DNA of 63,270 bases, counting the filler, from Choristocarpus tenellus KU-1152 (taxonomy: Eukaryota; Protista; Phaeophyceae), in assembly GCA_964200185.2 (NCBI GenBank). It is 9 parts of 9 records of this genome, joined end to end, with 100 filler letters (N's around TTAATTAATTAA, not from the genome) between each part and the next. Parts side by side here need not be neighbours in the genome. Positions count along the whole stretch, not along the records: positions 1 to 3,927 come from CAXNAD020017097.1; positions 4,028 to 7,131 come from CAXNAD020022302.1; positions 7,232 to 13,530 come from CAXNAD020008446.1; positions 13,631 to 18,180 come from CAXNAD020014038.1; 5 more parts are not named here. One strand, 5' to 3'. Below the pieces are notes generated by a model that saw only the letters and a list, made by a program, of their open reading frames with translations, was not told the origin of the DNA and searched no databases. This document shows, in pieces, positions 1 to 13,713 of this stretch. The position numbers and the translations under genes were made by a program. Every line of letters starts with the position of its first letter. The first letter of the stretch is position 1.

Positions 1-1326
1 CATTCGCACTGGTTGGTCATCAAAAGGGGAATAGAGGATAGAGGAATAAGAAAATAGGAATGTGCAAAATAATATTAATAATCCAGAATTCGTGAGCAAA
101 ACAAATAGTTATTTTTTAAAAAACATGGGAAGTCAAGCCCCAAATGGACTACAAACAGGGCAAAACTCGTACCCTCTAAGATAGATTCACTCTGAAGGAC
201 AAGATCTATCAAGTAGTAGCCACATCGCTACAGCAGTATCAGGAGGAAAGGAACAAGTGGGGGCTATTTTATGCATGATCATATAGATATGAGTCTAACG
301 TATTACCCACTAATACAAAGAATGAAAAAGGCATTTATGAATAAATAGCCCGTTACCCTCAACCATAAACCACCACTACCTCCTCCCTGTTACATGACCT
401 ACGAACAAAGTAGGTGTTTACTAATCATGTGTATCAATATCAAAACATTCATTGCAGCCAAGGTAAAATGAAGGTGTGAACAAGAGATTACACCCATGAA
501 CCGCTGCATGGCCAAGCAAAGATAATATTGTATTCAACGGGGGAATGAGACTCGGATGGTAAAGTACGAAATACAAACGATCCTGGAAGAATGTTCCTAA
601 TTTCGTCATCGGATTTAAATATGATTGAACACAGGGCTGCACAAAACGGGGGGGGTTATTCAAAGCAAGTGCAGGTGAAGAAAAAAATATTACATCGAAC
701 TAATGCAGCACATCAGAAACATAGCATATCTAAATATAAAGAAGGCCTGTAGCAAACAAAACTGATCAAACCCAACTACAATGGCAAAGTTACGTCTGAG
801 TAAGGAAGCTTCCTCTACTGCACCCAAATAGGATGTCAAGACTACAAGTACTACGATTGTGCATGTTTGGAAAGCATCAACCCAGCACCCCCCAAAAATG
901 AGATGGATACCCTATTTTGAGCTTCTACCACAGCGCAACTTGCGACCCATTCCACATCTCTGCCACCCATCTCTACCTACTCCTGCATCCCACACAACAG
1001 ATCTGGTCCGACAAACAGTCAGTCGGCCATTTACTGCCTTCTAGGTGCGGGAGGGGAGGGGGGCATGAACGATGTCCTTGGTGAACCTGACCAAGAGAAA
1101 ATATCTACACGAAGTTATTGGTAGGTATTTCGAAGTATGACATGTTCGTTGTACAATCAAAGATAAATCAATACGTCATCCATCAGGGCCTTAAAATAAT
1201 GGAAACATAGAAACAGACCAGGTCAATCAGATCGCAAAACTGCTGCCGTAAAAGACATCACAGCTGCCGGGGTGAGGGTGGCATCAATCTCCTCTTTCTT
1301 CGTACCCTCAACCTCCTCCTCTGCTG

Positions 1327-2321
1327 TTAAGAAGCCTTTTGAAATGACTCCTTCTCTTCCTTCATTTCACCACCGAGTGATTTGGTCATTCTTGTCTCTA
1401 CTGAACCTATTCGATCGTCTCTGCTGCAAAACTTTCGAGTTGTACCACCTTTGGGTTCAGCCCTAGCTCCCTGGGAAAGCAGGTTCATCTTCTGTCCCTC
1501 TCCACTACCGTTGGTTAGGAGGGTCGAGAGGAATTAAGGCAAGGGCGGTGGGAATTCACCTTTTCAATTTGGCTGCTTCAAATCATTGCAAAGTACAAAC
1601 GATGGCAATAAAAGCCCACCATTTTGCCCACATACACACACTATTATGCAAGCGAAATTGTGACTATAGGAGCTGTACAGTGACAGAGAACCAATCAATT
1701 AATCCCTGAAAGTAAAGGTCCAGAAATATATATATATTAATTGCAAGACATGAGGGGGAAAAACTCCGTGTACCTCACAGAATGTAAGAGTTTGGGTTGA
1801 TGGGTTGGCAATGTAGTGGAAGCCATCACAACGTTGTCATAAATTGTACTCACTTCTGCAGAAAAGTAAAGGCAGAGTAAGAAAGTAAACATTATACTTC
1901 GAATTGTTGTTGGATCACATCCCGCCAATGATCGATATATTTATTATTGACACAAAAGTCCTGATCTTTCCTTCAAACATGTGCATCTGTAGGCAACCCT
2001 TCAGTGCAGTATATACGTGCATAGTTTGCTCTACTGATTACCGTGTTTGGGACCATCTTCTTACCTTCGACTTTTTGTAAAAACCTTCCCGATGCCTGAG
2101 CGATCCATGACATCAATTCCCAGCATTGCATCCTGGAAGTGGTCACTGCTAAACATGAACCTGAGGGTTACCCACGCCTGCCAACATATGGAGAGTAGCA
2201 ACAAGCTGTTCACAAGGATGAGAAGGACAGAGTAAACCATGCTGCTCTCGGAGTCCGCATTGGCCACCTCTGCCTTGATCATAAGCGCCAGGAAATTGGT
2301 GAAGAAGATTATCAGGCAACC
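1327..2321 (-). CDS. 3' exons of a multi-pass membrane protein, paralog of the 34.2-37.6 kb gene; 5' part not recovered
   Basis: Exon 2065-2321 (aag|GGT...AG|gtaaga) reads GCLIIFFTNFLALMIKAEV...VYSVLLILVNSLLLLSICW, matching GCVIIFFSNFLGLLIKVNV...IFGVLLIIVNIGLL at 34773 with the same phase-0 intron before GC. A phase-compatible terminal exon 1327-1504 has CTAAC before its AG. A possible diverged upstream exon lies near 2960-3065. Confidence 0.6.
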
Positions 2322-3927
2322 CTTCATGTTGTTGACATTATTGTTGCAGTTTTGGTGTTTGAAGAGATAAATGGGGAGGCGGGGCAGTAAAAATTGCTTA
2401 GTTTTCTTGATTGTTCTGTACTTGGTAGAGGATGGATGCGATCTGCTTGTGTCCAAACTGAATGAGTTCCTAGCTCACGGTAGGCCCACCAAGAACCTAA
2501 ACCAATTCCAGAAGTTAAACTCATCAGGACAAAGCTTCAAAATTTTTTGCAGTAGAAAATAAAGGCTGATGCAAGGATGAGTTTTGCAGAGGAGATATAG
2601 AAAACGTAGACTCAGAAAGGCGGATGCAATCACAAAGTAGAAGACAAAGGCATCCTCCAAGATCGACCGATATTTTTTCGAAGCATTTCTAGCATTTTTG
2701 GACAATGAACAATTCAGATAAAAAGTATTACCACTCACTGACTATTTCAGTGTTTCCGGATTATCACGTGATCACGAAACAATGCGGTTGTACCGGTAGT
2801 CTTACATGGAATAATCCTAGTTTTAACACAAATATGTTCATTTGGTGCCAGAACAACTAAAATGCATTTAAACTCTCTCCCCCTTCTCTTTCTTGACGGT
2901 ACAGTAAATGAATAAGGAACATAATAAACAGAACAGTGGGAGCAGAGTGAAAGGATTAGCAAGCTGTATAGCAGACTCGAAGGCACGCAACATCTGAAGG
3001 AACATAAAGTGCATTATTTCGAGGAAGAATGCTACCTCCACACTCTCCCTGAGTTCTACCTCCACCTACAGGACCTGCAGCAGGGAAACCCTCTTGCGAG
3101 TAAGTAACCTCTCCCACATGTACTTTCTCTGACCCTCCAAGAAAGACATCAAGTGAGTAGCAAATCGTTCCTTGCCTTGCATGAGTGGCTATTCCACCTT
3201 TCCCATGTGACTGCGTTTTCCTTCATTCCTTCTCAAGGATATGTAGAAAACAGCTCAACTAGTTTGACAAGGGTATATATCGTTGATCTTTTCTGTCAAG
3301 TTTACAAACCTTGCTTTCTCATGTTCACAATGGGGGAAAACTTCAGCAAGTAGCCCCCACCAAGCTACAACCAGGGTATCAATAGTGCTTCACGACAAGC
3401 TTCTCCACATTGGCGATTGAATGATCAGCGTGGATTCTCCTTGTTGCCTGATAACGGCCTCAGCCCAAACAGCAAGCTAACGTCCAAAAAACACATGGCC
3501 CTGCCTGGCGAAGTCTGTGTTCATGTCTTAAACTACCCTGAAGTAGTAAAAGTAGTGCAATGTGTGGTGCCTCTGACCTCGACTCAGGGCTAGGAAGGGT
3601 TCAGCTAGGTTCCAAGTCCCCGACTAAGGTGCAGATTATAAAATAATAATAATGATACATTCCCACACTAAATTGATCCCACAACAGCGTGCTATTCTTG
3701 TCGCCAAAATCAGACTTAAATCAGGCTTTATCAAGTTCTTGCTCGTAGATTGATAGATGCAAGCGACAAAAGCCATCCAGGAACTCCCAAGTAAAGAAGA
3801 TATCTCCAGCGCAATTCTGTGTCAGATTGGCCTCATTTACATTGGGCTGATCGGCAGAAGAGTTAATAGACAAGAAGAGAAATCATCGAATCATCTCAGA
3901 AGGTGCCCCAGAATCTATTCCCCCCCC

Positions 3928-4027
3928 NNNNNNNNNNNNNNNNNNNNNNNNNNNNNNNNNNNNNNNNNNNNTTAATTAATTAANNNNNNNNNNNNNNNNN
4001 NNNNNNNNNNNNNNNNNNNNNNNNNNN
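3928..4027. other. Artificial contig spacer (44 N + TTAATTAATTAA + 44 N). Identical spacers at 7132-7231, 13531-13630, 18181-18280, 29659-29758, 32528-32627, 39020-39119, 51936-52035
   Basis: Same 100-nt pattern with a six-frame stop linker eight times. Several genes and TEs are cut off at these points. Confidence 0.97.
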
Positions 4028-4451
4028 GTTGGCTTCGTGTGTGAAGAATCCAAGTTGGTCTGATTGGTTGAATGCTAGGAGAGTGATTGGGTAACTATTG
4101 GTTACTAAAGAAGATACTACAAGAAATGGTACTATCCCCCCAGGGATTGTCATGTGCGTCATGTATTCCTTGGTGATTCCTTGCCACGCCTAAATTATAC
4201 AAAAGAGAGTTACTCTGATAGAGTATTTTGCTTTATATGGTATGGAATTGTTTTATTAGCGGAGTGAGCACTATCCTCAAGGTGGGGGGTGGTACTCTCT
4301 CTCGTTATCTAATTCATTCGTCATCAAACACGTCAGAAATATGTTTAAATATATTTGTGACAGTTGCACTACGTCAGTCACTTATAAGTTCAAGTTACAT
4401 TACTTCATTCACTTTTATACTATAAACCATATAGACTACAAGTCTATAGTG

Positions 4452-6780
4452 CACACTCCCCCATGAGCGTGCATCAAAGTTGCTGACAAAGCTCACACTA
4501 GATGTGAAAGTACAGAATGCACAAAATCAGAAGTAAGACTTTTACGCAAAGACTTAGTCAAAATGTCAACTAATTGTCTTGACGTTGGAACATATTCTAC
4601 ATGAAATATTCCTTGATCTACCTACTCTCTTGTACACTTTAACTATATGTCCACATGCTTGGTCCTTCCATTGAATCCTGTGATGCTCCTCGCTTGAATA
4701 GCACCACGATTATTACGGAACCAGGGAATCTGTTCCCGTAATATGCCAATCTCCTCCAGAATGCCTTGGATGAAAATGCAGTGGGGCATGCCATATGCCA
4801 TTGAGACCCATAAGGTAGTACACTTCTTTGTTGTTCTGCTGCATAAGGGTTGATACGAAGTGGTTCATTTCCATTTCCTCACCCTCTTCCTTGGCACACA
4901 TTTGACATGTGTGGGCCATCCGCCGGCGCTGCTCCATCCTGGCAGATTTCCGCCTTTCAGAGTGTGGGGCCAAGCGTTTGGTTGCCATCTGCGCAGCCCT
5001 ATCCATGCGTTGGCGTTGTCCCATCCTGTGAATTTCTTGACTGTGGGGGAAAGCTGGGCGCTTTGCATTTTGAGCCCCACGCCCAATATTTGGACTCTCA
5101 CCCCCAGTCATGTCTGCCTCGCTCCCTGTTGTGGAAGCCTCTTCTTCGTTTTGTATGTCCAAATTTATGTCTTCATCAAATTCTGATTCTCCAAGTATCT
5201 CTAGCTCTGGCTCCCCCATTAGCTTCAGCAGTTTGGCTTCAGGCTGAAAAATCCCCCGCCTTGATGTAGTGTCATTGCCCCCAGTCTGAGTCTCCATACC
5301 TGACCAGGCGCCAATTGTCCATTGTTTCTTTTGTTGAAGTAGCACTCACTCCCCCAGGCTTGAAGCCTATCATAATTGAATGTCTTGTACATCCTCTTGT
5401 TGAGTGAAGTCCTGTGCCACCAACCTGGTCTTGAACTGTTCAGTGGTCCCCTCAGCTGTTGGCTTTGCCTTAAATTAAGATTTAGTCTTAACAGGATTTC
5501 TTCCCCGTGTCAAAACCTCTCCCTCTATGAATATTCATTTCATCCATTGTTGCTCCAGGATGTGCTCTGGGTACCTGGTCTAGTTAATTCCTCTGCCTCT
5601 TTAGACGGTGTCGCTCTCCTCTGGCGGTAAATGTTCTGAAGGTCTTCTTTACCTCCATTGTAGCATATTCCTTCGAAAGAACCAAGGACCAAATATGCTT
5701 AATCAGTTCACAGTTTAAACTCCTTCTGTTGGTCCTGATCTTGTCTCTGGCAGGGGATCCTGTTGTGATATGGTCCGTACGTTGACTAGTTGTACCTTGT
5801 CCGCCTCCTCCGCTGACCTTCTGTTTTCTCTTCCACGAGTTTATGGTCCCAGCGGCTAGAGTGCTCCCAGGCTCCCCGAAGTTAACTCCTTTCTTTCTGG
5901 TGGAGGCTTAGTTACTTATTGTACCATATCCCATGTCTACTTAGTCTCCAACTTCCCATTTGTGTCGAAGGTGCAGGTCCACTTTGTTGGGACGACAATG
6001 ATGATACTATTGCCCGTTTTAGCTTCCTGTAGCTTATATCGGGTCTTGCAATGAACTGCACGGGGATCTTGTCCTCCGCACGTCCTCTGTTGAGCTGCAT
6101 TGAGGATCTCGTCCTCCGCGCAGACACATCTGCGCAAATACCTGCGGCATGCTGTCCCTGATGTCTATGACCAGAACTCCTTTGTTGAGCTGCATGAGGA
6201 TCTCTCGTCCTCCTCGCGGACACATCTGCGTAAATACCTACAGCATGCTGTCCCTGATGCCAATGATCAGAGCTCCTTTCTTGGCATGATCTTGACTGCC
6301 TCCAGCTGCTCGTACTCTTGTCCAGATATGATCGAGACCAATGACGAAATCTGCAGTGTCCTCTACTGATGAGCAGTACATCGCACAATTTCATCTGTGG
6401 AGGTATGAGCTGCATGGGCCGCTGACTCACAGCGCGCCCCCCATAGATCTGCTCTAATTCGAGACAGGCTGCCCTCTTGTTGGGGCTGCCTCCTCTCGTA
6501 CGTGTTGACCATACAAGCTGACCACCATAGCTGCAGCACCCCTCGTGGCCTGTTCCAGCAGGAACCACAAGGCTTCGCGATGCCTGACGTATTCATCATA
6601 CGCGCAGCGTTCCTCAAATGATGTATCAGCTGGTTGTAGGATGCAGTACAGTCTCTTGCCGCCCGCATAGCTCACCAGCGCCATCCACCATTCTGCCTAC
6701 TCTCCCTTGTATGCCCCCGCGCTCCACTCCATAGTGGCAGCATACGGTGGTCCGCTTACATACCAATGAGGCTCATAACC
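4452..6780 (-). mobile_element. Degenerate, internally deleted Ty1/copia LTR retrotransposon (PBS, gag-like region, RNase H tail, PPT)
   Basis: Minus strand 4720-4540 translates NNRGAI...GFNGRTKHVDI*LKCTRE*VDQGIFHVEYVPTSRQLVDILTKSL, the copia RNase H C-terminal motif with two in-frame stops. A purine tract GGGGAGTG follows near 4455-4462. GGTTATGAGCC at 6780-6770 is a copia/Ty5-type PBS. Gag-like frames (LWFLLEQATRGAAA, LELEQIYGG, ALIIGIRD) lie at 5950-6700. No recognisable RT or integrase core. Confidence 0.8.
6085..6280. repeat. Tandem duplication of about 95 bp inside the copia gag-like region
   Basis: Two near-identical copies of tgttgagctgcat..gaggatctc..gtcctcc..gacacatctgcg.aaatacct..gcatgctgtccctgatg. 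Confidence 0.85.
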
Positions 6781-7868
6781 TATGGGTTAGATTTCCCTGG
6801 CGAAGGAGAATCCTGTGAGGCTCATAATGTTAAAACATAGGCTACTCATTTGTTCCTTGTTGATATGATACACATCTCCAAGCTTGTACTGACTGTTGAT
6901 TGGTGCACTGTAATGGTTGTTAGTGTTCATTTATTTATTGCCCATTCCAACTCATCATCACATTGATGACAGTAGATAGAAGCATAGCATCAGTTGATAT
7001 TCAGTTGATCCACATCACACACAGGAACATCATAGCACACGTCATCAAGGTTACTTCGGAACTTGCATCAAGTGCGTTCCACTGTTACCTTGTGTTCCCC
7101 TTTTCATTTTGTTGTTGTTGCCATCTCTGTTNNNNNNNNNNNNNNNNNNNNNNNNNNNNNNNNNNNNNNNNNNNNTTAATTAATTAANNNNNNNNNNNNN
7201 NNNNNNNNNNNNNNNNNNNNNNNNNNNNNNNCCCAGATACTTTGGCCCTAGGACACCCTTTGCATTGTCACTCATTGCCAGGTCCTAAAGGAAAAAGGAG
7301 AAGTGCTCGACAACTCATTGCATGCTTGTATGCACTCTTGTGTGGGCGGACAAGGGGAGAGACTTTTGAAGTGAATAACGTCTCAGGAACCCCTGATGAC
7401 CTTGCCATAGTTCTGCCTGTGTGCTCAGGTGTGAAGATCTGCATACCATACAAGAACATCGCTGAATTAAAGAAAAACAATGCTCGTGCAGAATGGCTTT
7501 TCGGTTTTGCAGCCCTGGGCAATGCAAACTCACACTTGTGACGGCACGAGAGGGACTGTTTTGACTGTTTTGCGCAGCTTAGGGTGACTACTCCTCTTTA
7601 TCTGTTTCTGTCTATTGCTCTCATGTGTGAGGTGGATTTCTGACGACCTGTGACCCCCTCCACTCGGCAGAGTGTGGTAGTGGTAGCGCTATTTTGGTCA
7701 TGAACCATGTATCCATGAATATGTTCATCAAACCACACCACACATGTATATACGCACGTAAGTATTTGCACATAAATATTTGTACGTATAGAATGGAAAC
7801 CGAGTATCTGCCCAGAAGTCAAACATTTGCACATAATTTATGTAATGTTTTGTTTCGTCGCGGAAATT

Positions 7869-8007
7869 GACCCAAAGTATCTGGGGGAGGGGGGGGGGGT
7901 CTGCACCAGGGTGTCCATTTGGGTCAAACAAATCACCCCAAAATCGCGACATGAAAAAATTCGCCCCGAATGGACAGCCACCTCCCCCCCCCCAGATACT
8001 TTGAGCC
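7869..8007. mobile_element. 139-bp MITE with terminal inverted repeats
   Basis: Left end GACCCAAAGTATCTGGGGG, right end CCCCCAGATACTTTGAGCC, flanked by ATT/ATT. Subterminal GTCCATT...AATGGAC inverted motif. The same terminus starts contigs at 7232, 18304-18329, 29759-29783 and 32628-32648. Confidence 0.85.
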
Positions 8008-8093
8008 ATTGCAAGTGATTGTGAACCTTGTGCACTGGTGTAAATCATGCGGAAGGATGGTCCAACGTCTGCACTGACCAGTCCTCTGCTCAC

Positions 8094-10515
8094 CGCAGGA
8101 TTAGCCCCCATAATGGCGAGGTTGGTTGGAGCGTTTCCGTAGCTGTTGCTGCTGTTCACCTGGGCGCCAGCCAAGATGAGGGACTCTGCCACATTAATGT
8201 GTCCCCGGAAACATGAAAGGTGCAAAGGACTGTTCTGACTTGTCAGCAGACGGTCATCGACTGCAGAGCTGGGGAGAAGGAGAATGCAGAGGGAGGGGAG
8301 ATGCGGAGATTACAATAATGCCATTTGATGTAGGAAGACAGGGATCAATAACATAATACATTATCCTCTTCTAGACAATCAAGCTTTTTACTATTAGTTG
8401 AGGGTAAGGTAATCAAATGTGTGGGCATGTATTTTTAAACAACCTTCTTGGTGGAAAGAGGCAGAACAGATGGGGTTATGAGCGGGTCGAGGTTAGAAGC
8501 AGTGGTCCACCCTAAATTTCTGCCCCTCTTATCCTACTACATACTACACCAGCCCTTCTTATCACATGTCATTGCTTATGCACAATACAAACATATCAGC
8601 AAAGAGAAGGTCAAAACAATCCCTAAGGTTCTATCCTTAACCTGCAATAATCACCACTCCAACCCTATCCTCATTGTTAAATACAGTATATACTACTCTG
8701 GACTACATAGTATCAGGAAACCATCGCAAAAATCTTCCCCCTGATCGACAACTTTCTTAACTCACACTAGAGACTACTCCTTCTTACCCATTTTTAAGGA
8801 GGACTTCAACACATTCCAGATGCCCATTGTCAGCTGCCTTATGTAGAGATGCTGCCCCCTCTTCAGGATTCTTATACCTGAAATGGGAATGGAGCCGGAT
8901 AAGCTGAGTGGACAAGAATCTGATGTAGATCCTGTGCAATTTGTTATGGCGTGTGTGTGTGGTACTGTAGGGTTTCTAGAGACGAGGGCAAGTAATCGGC
9001 CTGTTGTGTCATATCACGTTTGGGTACAGACCCTTTTGGTGCAAATTAGATTGATTTGCTGGTGTAAATCTGAGATCTAGGAAAATCATATCTGCCTTTA
9101 CTGTTATGCAGTATGTGATGAACACTATTGTTTCCATTATAGTGTGGTTGATAGTAGGTGCTGCAAGACAATAAAAACACACTGGAGAAAGTTATTTGGT
9201 GTATCCAGTCTTGTCACAAAAACTTCCTGATGGTACAAAGTAGCATATGTAGTCCATCATAAATATCACCCCATTCTTGTTTTCTGTTGAAATGTCTCTC
9301 ATGGGCATACAAGTGAATGCCTATGCACCTGTGTCATGGCATTGGAGGTAAGGCCTTTGTTTGGTCTCCCCCATCTCACTTCAGGTCTGTGTCAAGATAA
9401 GGATAGATGGCCAGGGTCCACAAACTTAGTCGAGCGTAGAGATCATATGCTGACACCAATTGCCACACTCACTCTAACGTCTAATTGAAAACTAATGATA
9501 CTACACTCTGGAGTATTCACCGAGGCAGTATACTCTTTCGGCATAACTACATCATAACTCGGAAACCACTGAACATATTCAGCAATATGCCAGAAGATAA
9601 TTTAGGTTATGGCTCTATCCTGTCCATCTTTGTTGGTAGTGTACACACTTGAATGTAGGCACAGTTTGGCAATGAATTATGGTAGGAAGCTATAGAAAAT
9701 GACTCAAGCAGACGATAATTACAAAACGAGGAAGATAATACAACGTATAAGCATGAACCAGCCTGACTGTGATCATATTATTTTACACTCCGAGTAGGGC
9801 TCTACAGCAGTGGGGTACTCACCAGTTGGGGTTCCCTCCAGCTGCCAGTGCAGATTTCAGAGCTGCAAGGTTCCCCCTGCAAGATGGAGTTATGGAATAC
9901 ACATAATGAACGCAACCAGAGAGGTCGTTTATGGTGTCCCTCTCTTGAAGGTAAACGTTTGTGGGCTGCATTCTATGCACGGTAAACATCATACCTACTT
10001 TCGAATTTCCTCATCTATAGCCAATCACTACAATAAACCCAGTAGACAATTTGCATTTCATTCATCATTCTCGAACATTTGGAGTGTTGGGTAAGCATGA
10101 CTTTCCCGTAGGGTAAAGAGGCGTGTATCAATTGTGACATTTTTTTCTTGGTCTAATTCAAGATGGATGCTTGACAGAGAGGAACACCATGTTTCGAGGT
10201 AACCGTTTCCTTCGACTTAGTAGTCTTGAACTGTAGTTGGGCGTGCATTCTGCTTTGCAGAGTCATAGCGAGTCATACGTTCGACAAAACGTAAAAGAAC
10301 GAACCTTCTCTGTGGTCTACGAGGAGACGTAGTTAGTGAATATCTTCTACGCGAGAATAGGTAGGCAATAGAGATGCATGAAGCGAAACTCACGTTGTCG
10401 CGGCCTGGTACAGGTCTTCATTTTCCTGCGATGGTTGTTGATTCTTGCCCAGTTTGTGGACAGGCAGGTTGTCAACATCGAAAGACTCGACCTTGAACTT
10501 GGAACCACGAGGCAT
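8094..10515 (-). CDS. Ankyrin-repeat protein (exons 10394-10515, 9823-9876, 8788-8877, 8094-8268; 3' end not found)
   Basis: Four phase-compatible GT-AG exons give MPRGSKFKVESFD...LYQAATTGNLAALKSALAAGGNPNWYKNPEEGAASLHKAADNGHLECVEVLLKNGSAVDDRLLTSQNSPLHLSCFRGHINVAESLILAGAQVNSSNSYGNAP. LHxAAxxGH and SPLHxxxxxGH are ankyrin motifs. Confidence 0.9.
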
Positions 10516-10884
10516 TGGTGGAGCCCCTTCGGCTGTGTCCCAAGACAGGGTCGCCTTCCTCAAATTGCAAAAACAAAACTAGGAATGGGCAGCTCGCAAA
10601 AGCAAGGGAAAAGCTAGAGATTGCGATGTTTTCTAATAGCAAGGGTCCAAAAAAGAAAAAATCGACATTATCTACTTCGACATAAGATCGCTTCGATCGA
10701 CGAGTAGTATACTTGAGTCGAACCGAAACAAATATGCGGTTTTACCCTACCTTGTTATGGAAGAATGTGTATGGAGGGAGGGGGCGAGGAAAGTTGAAAT
10801 TCTGTGATTGACAGCATAGGCCCCTTTCCCCTTCACCTTGTGTGTTTAAGAATGTCCATTTAACAAACAGTAATTGCGTGTATT

Positions 10885-13031
10885 ATGGTGGTTTCAGGTT
10901 CGGCGCTGGGACTCGCGAGCGCGAACCTAAATTCAAATATCAAACAATTCATATCAACTCATCCTCCTTCATACCAACAAATGCAAGGGTCATCGGACCA
11001 AGGGCGACCCCGAGGGGTGGGAGCCAAAAGATTTGTTATCCTCCACATCCTCGTTGCAGCCGCCCCAGCAATAGGGCTGGTCCCGCATCAACTTCATCTT
11101 GTGCATGCAATCACAAGGGTGCCTACAAGGTCAGGTCTTAGACAATCCAGCAAGAGCGTAACAGTTTCCCCCTCTTCCCCGTCCCCATTTGGGGGCTGCG
11201 AGCGTATTGACCATGATCTCGAGGATGCTTCCTTCCTAAGTGAATGTGGCGTTCCGAGTTGGAAAGCGGGCCCTGGCTTAGTGCCCTTCGATGTAGAACC
11301 GCCTAAAGTTCGAGTGGAGCACATCCCTCATGTGCCTGGGGCTTTTGTGCTCCATGGTGTCTTAACATCCACAGAATGTGAGTCACTACTTGACACTGCA
11401 GAGGCACTCGGATTCGGGCATTTCGACGCTGGGAAGAACAAGCACGGCGCCTTGCAGGTGATGGTGCACGGCAACACTGGGGACAGTATCTTTGCCAGAA
11501 TTAAGCCCTACCTCCCTGCAACAGACCTATCCTCGGCTGCGGCTGCGGCTGCGGCTGCGGTTGCTGTGAATGCGGTGGGAGGGTCCATTGGTACTGATAG
11601 TACCAGTCCAGGAAGTACTCTGTATGGTATAAACGCCCGGTGGCGTTTCTTCAAGTACTGCCAGGATGGAACAGAAACCTTTGCGCCTCACATTGACTGC
11701 GCTTGGACCGGCAGGTATCAGCATTAGCTGGAAAGATGTAGTGAAAATGATTCTGTTTCACTTCTCTGAAGTAATGCATACAATTCCAGGGACAATTTTT
11801 ACCTATCTCAACTGTGTAGTTTTTCTGTTTTGCACCTCGTTAGCCAAACCTTCATTTCAGCTTCACACTGAACCTTCGTATGGCAGGATTTAGAGGGTTC
11901 ATGGACACACAGTGCTGGAAGACATCATCTGCATCAATTACATATATATGTTGTGCTCTGGTGCATAGTCATAACGTCAAAATTCCCTTCCTATTTCGCT
12001 TGCAGCGGCCTGGATCCGAGAGGGGAGCGAATTCTCTGGGACGCATTTGGCGGTACGGTGCGGTCCAGATACACACTTTTGCTCTGTGAGTCAAGCAGGC
12101 ATGTAGGGTTAAATATCTAACCCCCAGATCGCTCATCAGAGCTCCCAAAGCGTCCAATAGGCACTTTAGGGGAAAGACTCTTAAATCAAGTGACCCAGAC
12201 TGGGCAAGGAGCTCGCCAAGATTTTCGCGAATCTCAGACTAATACAGTCAAATCAATGTCCAATGGTCCTGTATAATGAGAGGGATATTATTCCACCAAC
12301 ATCCTGCCGTTCTGAATCTATCTCTTAACGCATAGCTCATGATATTTGCATGCTCTTCCATTCAAAAAAAATAAATCTGCATCACGTGCCTTTTATCCGG
12401 TGCAAGATATCACATGGTGAAAAATGTGTAACACCCATATTATTATTTTGCTCAACCCCTCAGGTTTTTAAGAGGGGATTGATTGTGTGGGTCCTATGAG
12501 GTAAATGATAATGTTTAATGTTTGTTTGCCCTTCTCGAAATTTATTTCTCTGGTTTGTGCACGAAGCTCTCCAAACAATCCCGCTTCGGTGTTGAGCTCC
12601 AACTCAAAGCAAGGTCCCCCAAACCTCCTGTTTTGTTGTGCGAAGACCTAAATGGCGACTTCTCTGGAGGAGAGACAAAGTTCTACAGACCATATGCTCA
12701 CCGTGGGGACAGGGGCAAGGGCAAGGGCAAGGGCGAGGGCAAGGGCGATAGGAGAGAAACGGATGAGAAAGATCACGTGATAGCTACTGTGCGCCCAAGA
12801 CAGGGCTCTGTGTTAGTGTTCCCACAAGCAGTCGGCGAGACTGCTAGGGATCATGCCTGGGAACACTGGCCCACACATGAGGGCAGCCCACTTACATCCG
12901 GTCCCCGGGCCAAGTATGTTGTTCGATCAGATATCTTGTACAAGGATGACGATGATGACATACAGTCAGTTGATGGGATAAGTGTAAGTGGGAACGAGGG
13001 TCTCTTTGTGCGAGAGGGAAGGGCGGGTTGA
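10885..13031 (+). CDS. 2-oxoglutarate/Fe(II)-dependent dioxygenase, prolyl-4-hydroxylase-like (exons 10885-11714, 12006-12085, 12646-13031; start could be ATG 10981)
   Basis: VLTSTECESLL, RWRFFKY...FAPHID (HxD), TLLLYLNGDFSGGETKF, GSVLVFPQ...HEG...KYVVRSDILY give the HxD...H iron triad and basic 2OG-binding residues. Splice phases are consistent. Confidence 0.88.
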
Positions 13032-13185
13032 GGTATGTTAGGGGGGGGAGGGGGGGGGCTGCAAGACCTGTGTTGCTGATCCTGTGAAGGCTTCATCGGT
13101 TGCGCATGAAGTATTGAGCAGGCTGTGCTGGTGAGGACTCTTTCGTACCTGCCTGGTATTTTTACAAGGGAGTATCAAGTTACGT

Positions 13186-13221
<36 letters not shown>

Positions 13222-13675
13222 TTTATTGGTTTTTTTCGTGTGAAGAAAAAAAATAGAATAGTTCCAGTACCTCAGGATCCCTGTGGGATACATACATATA
13301 CGTAACTGCATTGGTTAATAGGCGGTAGGAATTGAAAGCATTTACAAGGGTATGAATAAGAGCCGCTTGATAGGACTTTTGATGTTCTTGATTTATTTTT
13401 GAAAATTTGTGAAAAAAACAAGTACGTTCAGTACACACACACAAATTGAGGCACACAAATCCGACACGTGCGACCAAATCACACCAAAAAAGTGAAAATC
13501 GAAAAAAGGGTGAAAAACGGACGCCGACACNNNNNNNNNNNNNNNNNNNNNNNNNNNNNNNNNNNNNNNNNNNNTTAATTAATTAANNNNNNNNNNNNNN
13601 NNNNNNNNNNNNNNNNNNNNNNNNNNNNNNCCCCCAAACCCCCCCCCCCCCCCCCCCCAAAACCTCCCCCCACCT

Positions 13676-13713
<38 letters not shown>

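Noticed and set aside
7242-7541. 99-aa plus-strand ORF, possibly a transposase zinc-finger fragment
   Set aside because: No convincing motif, so no assignment is supportable.
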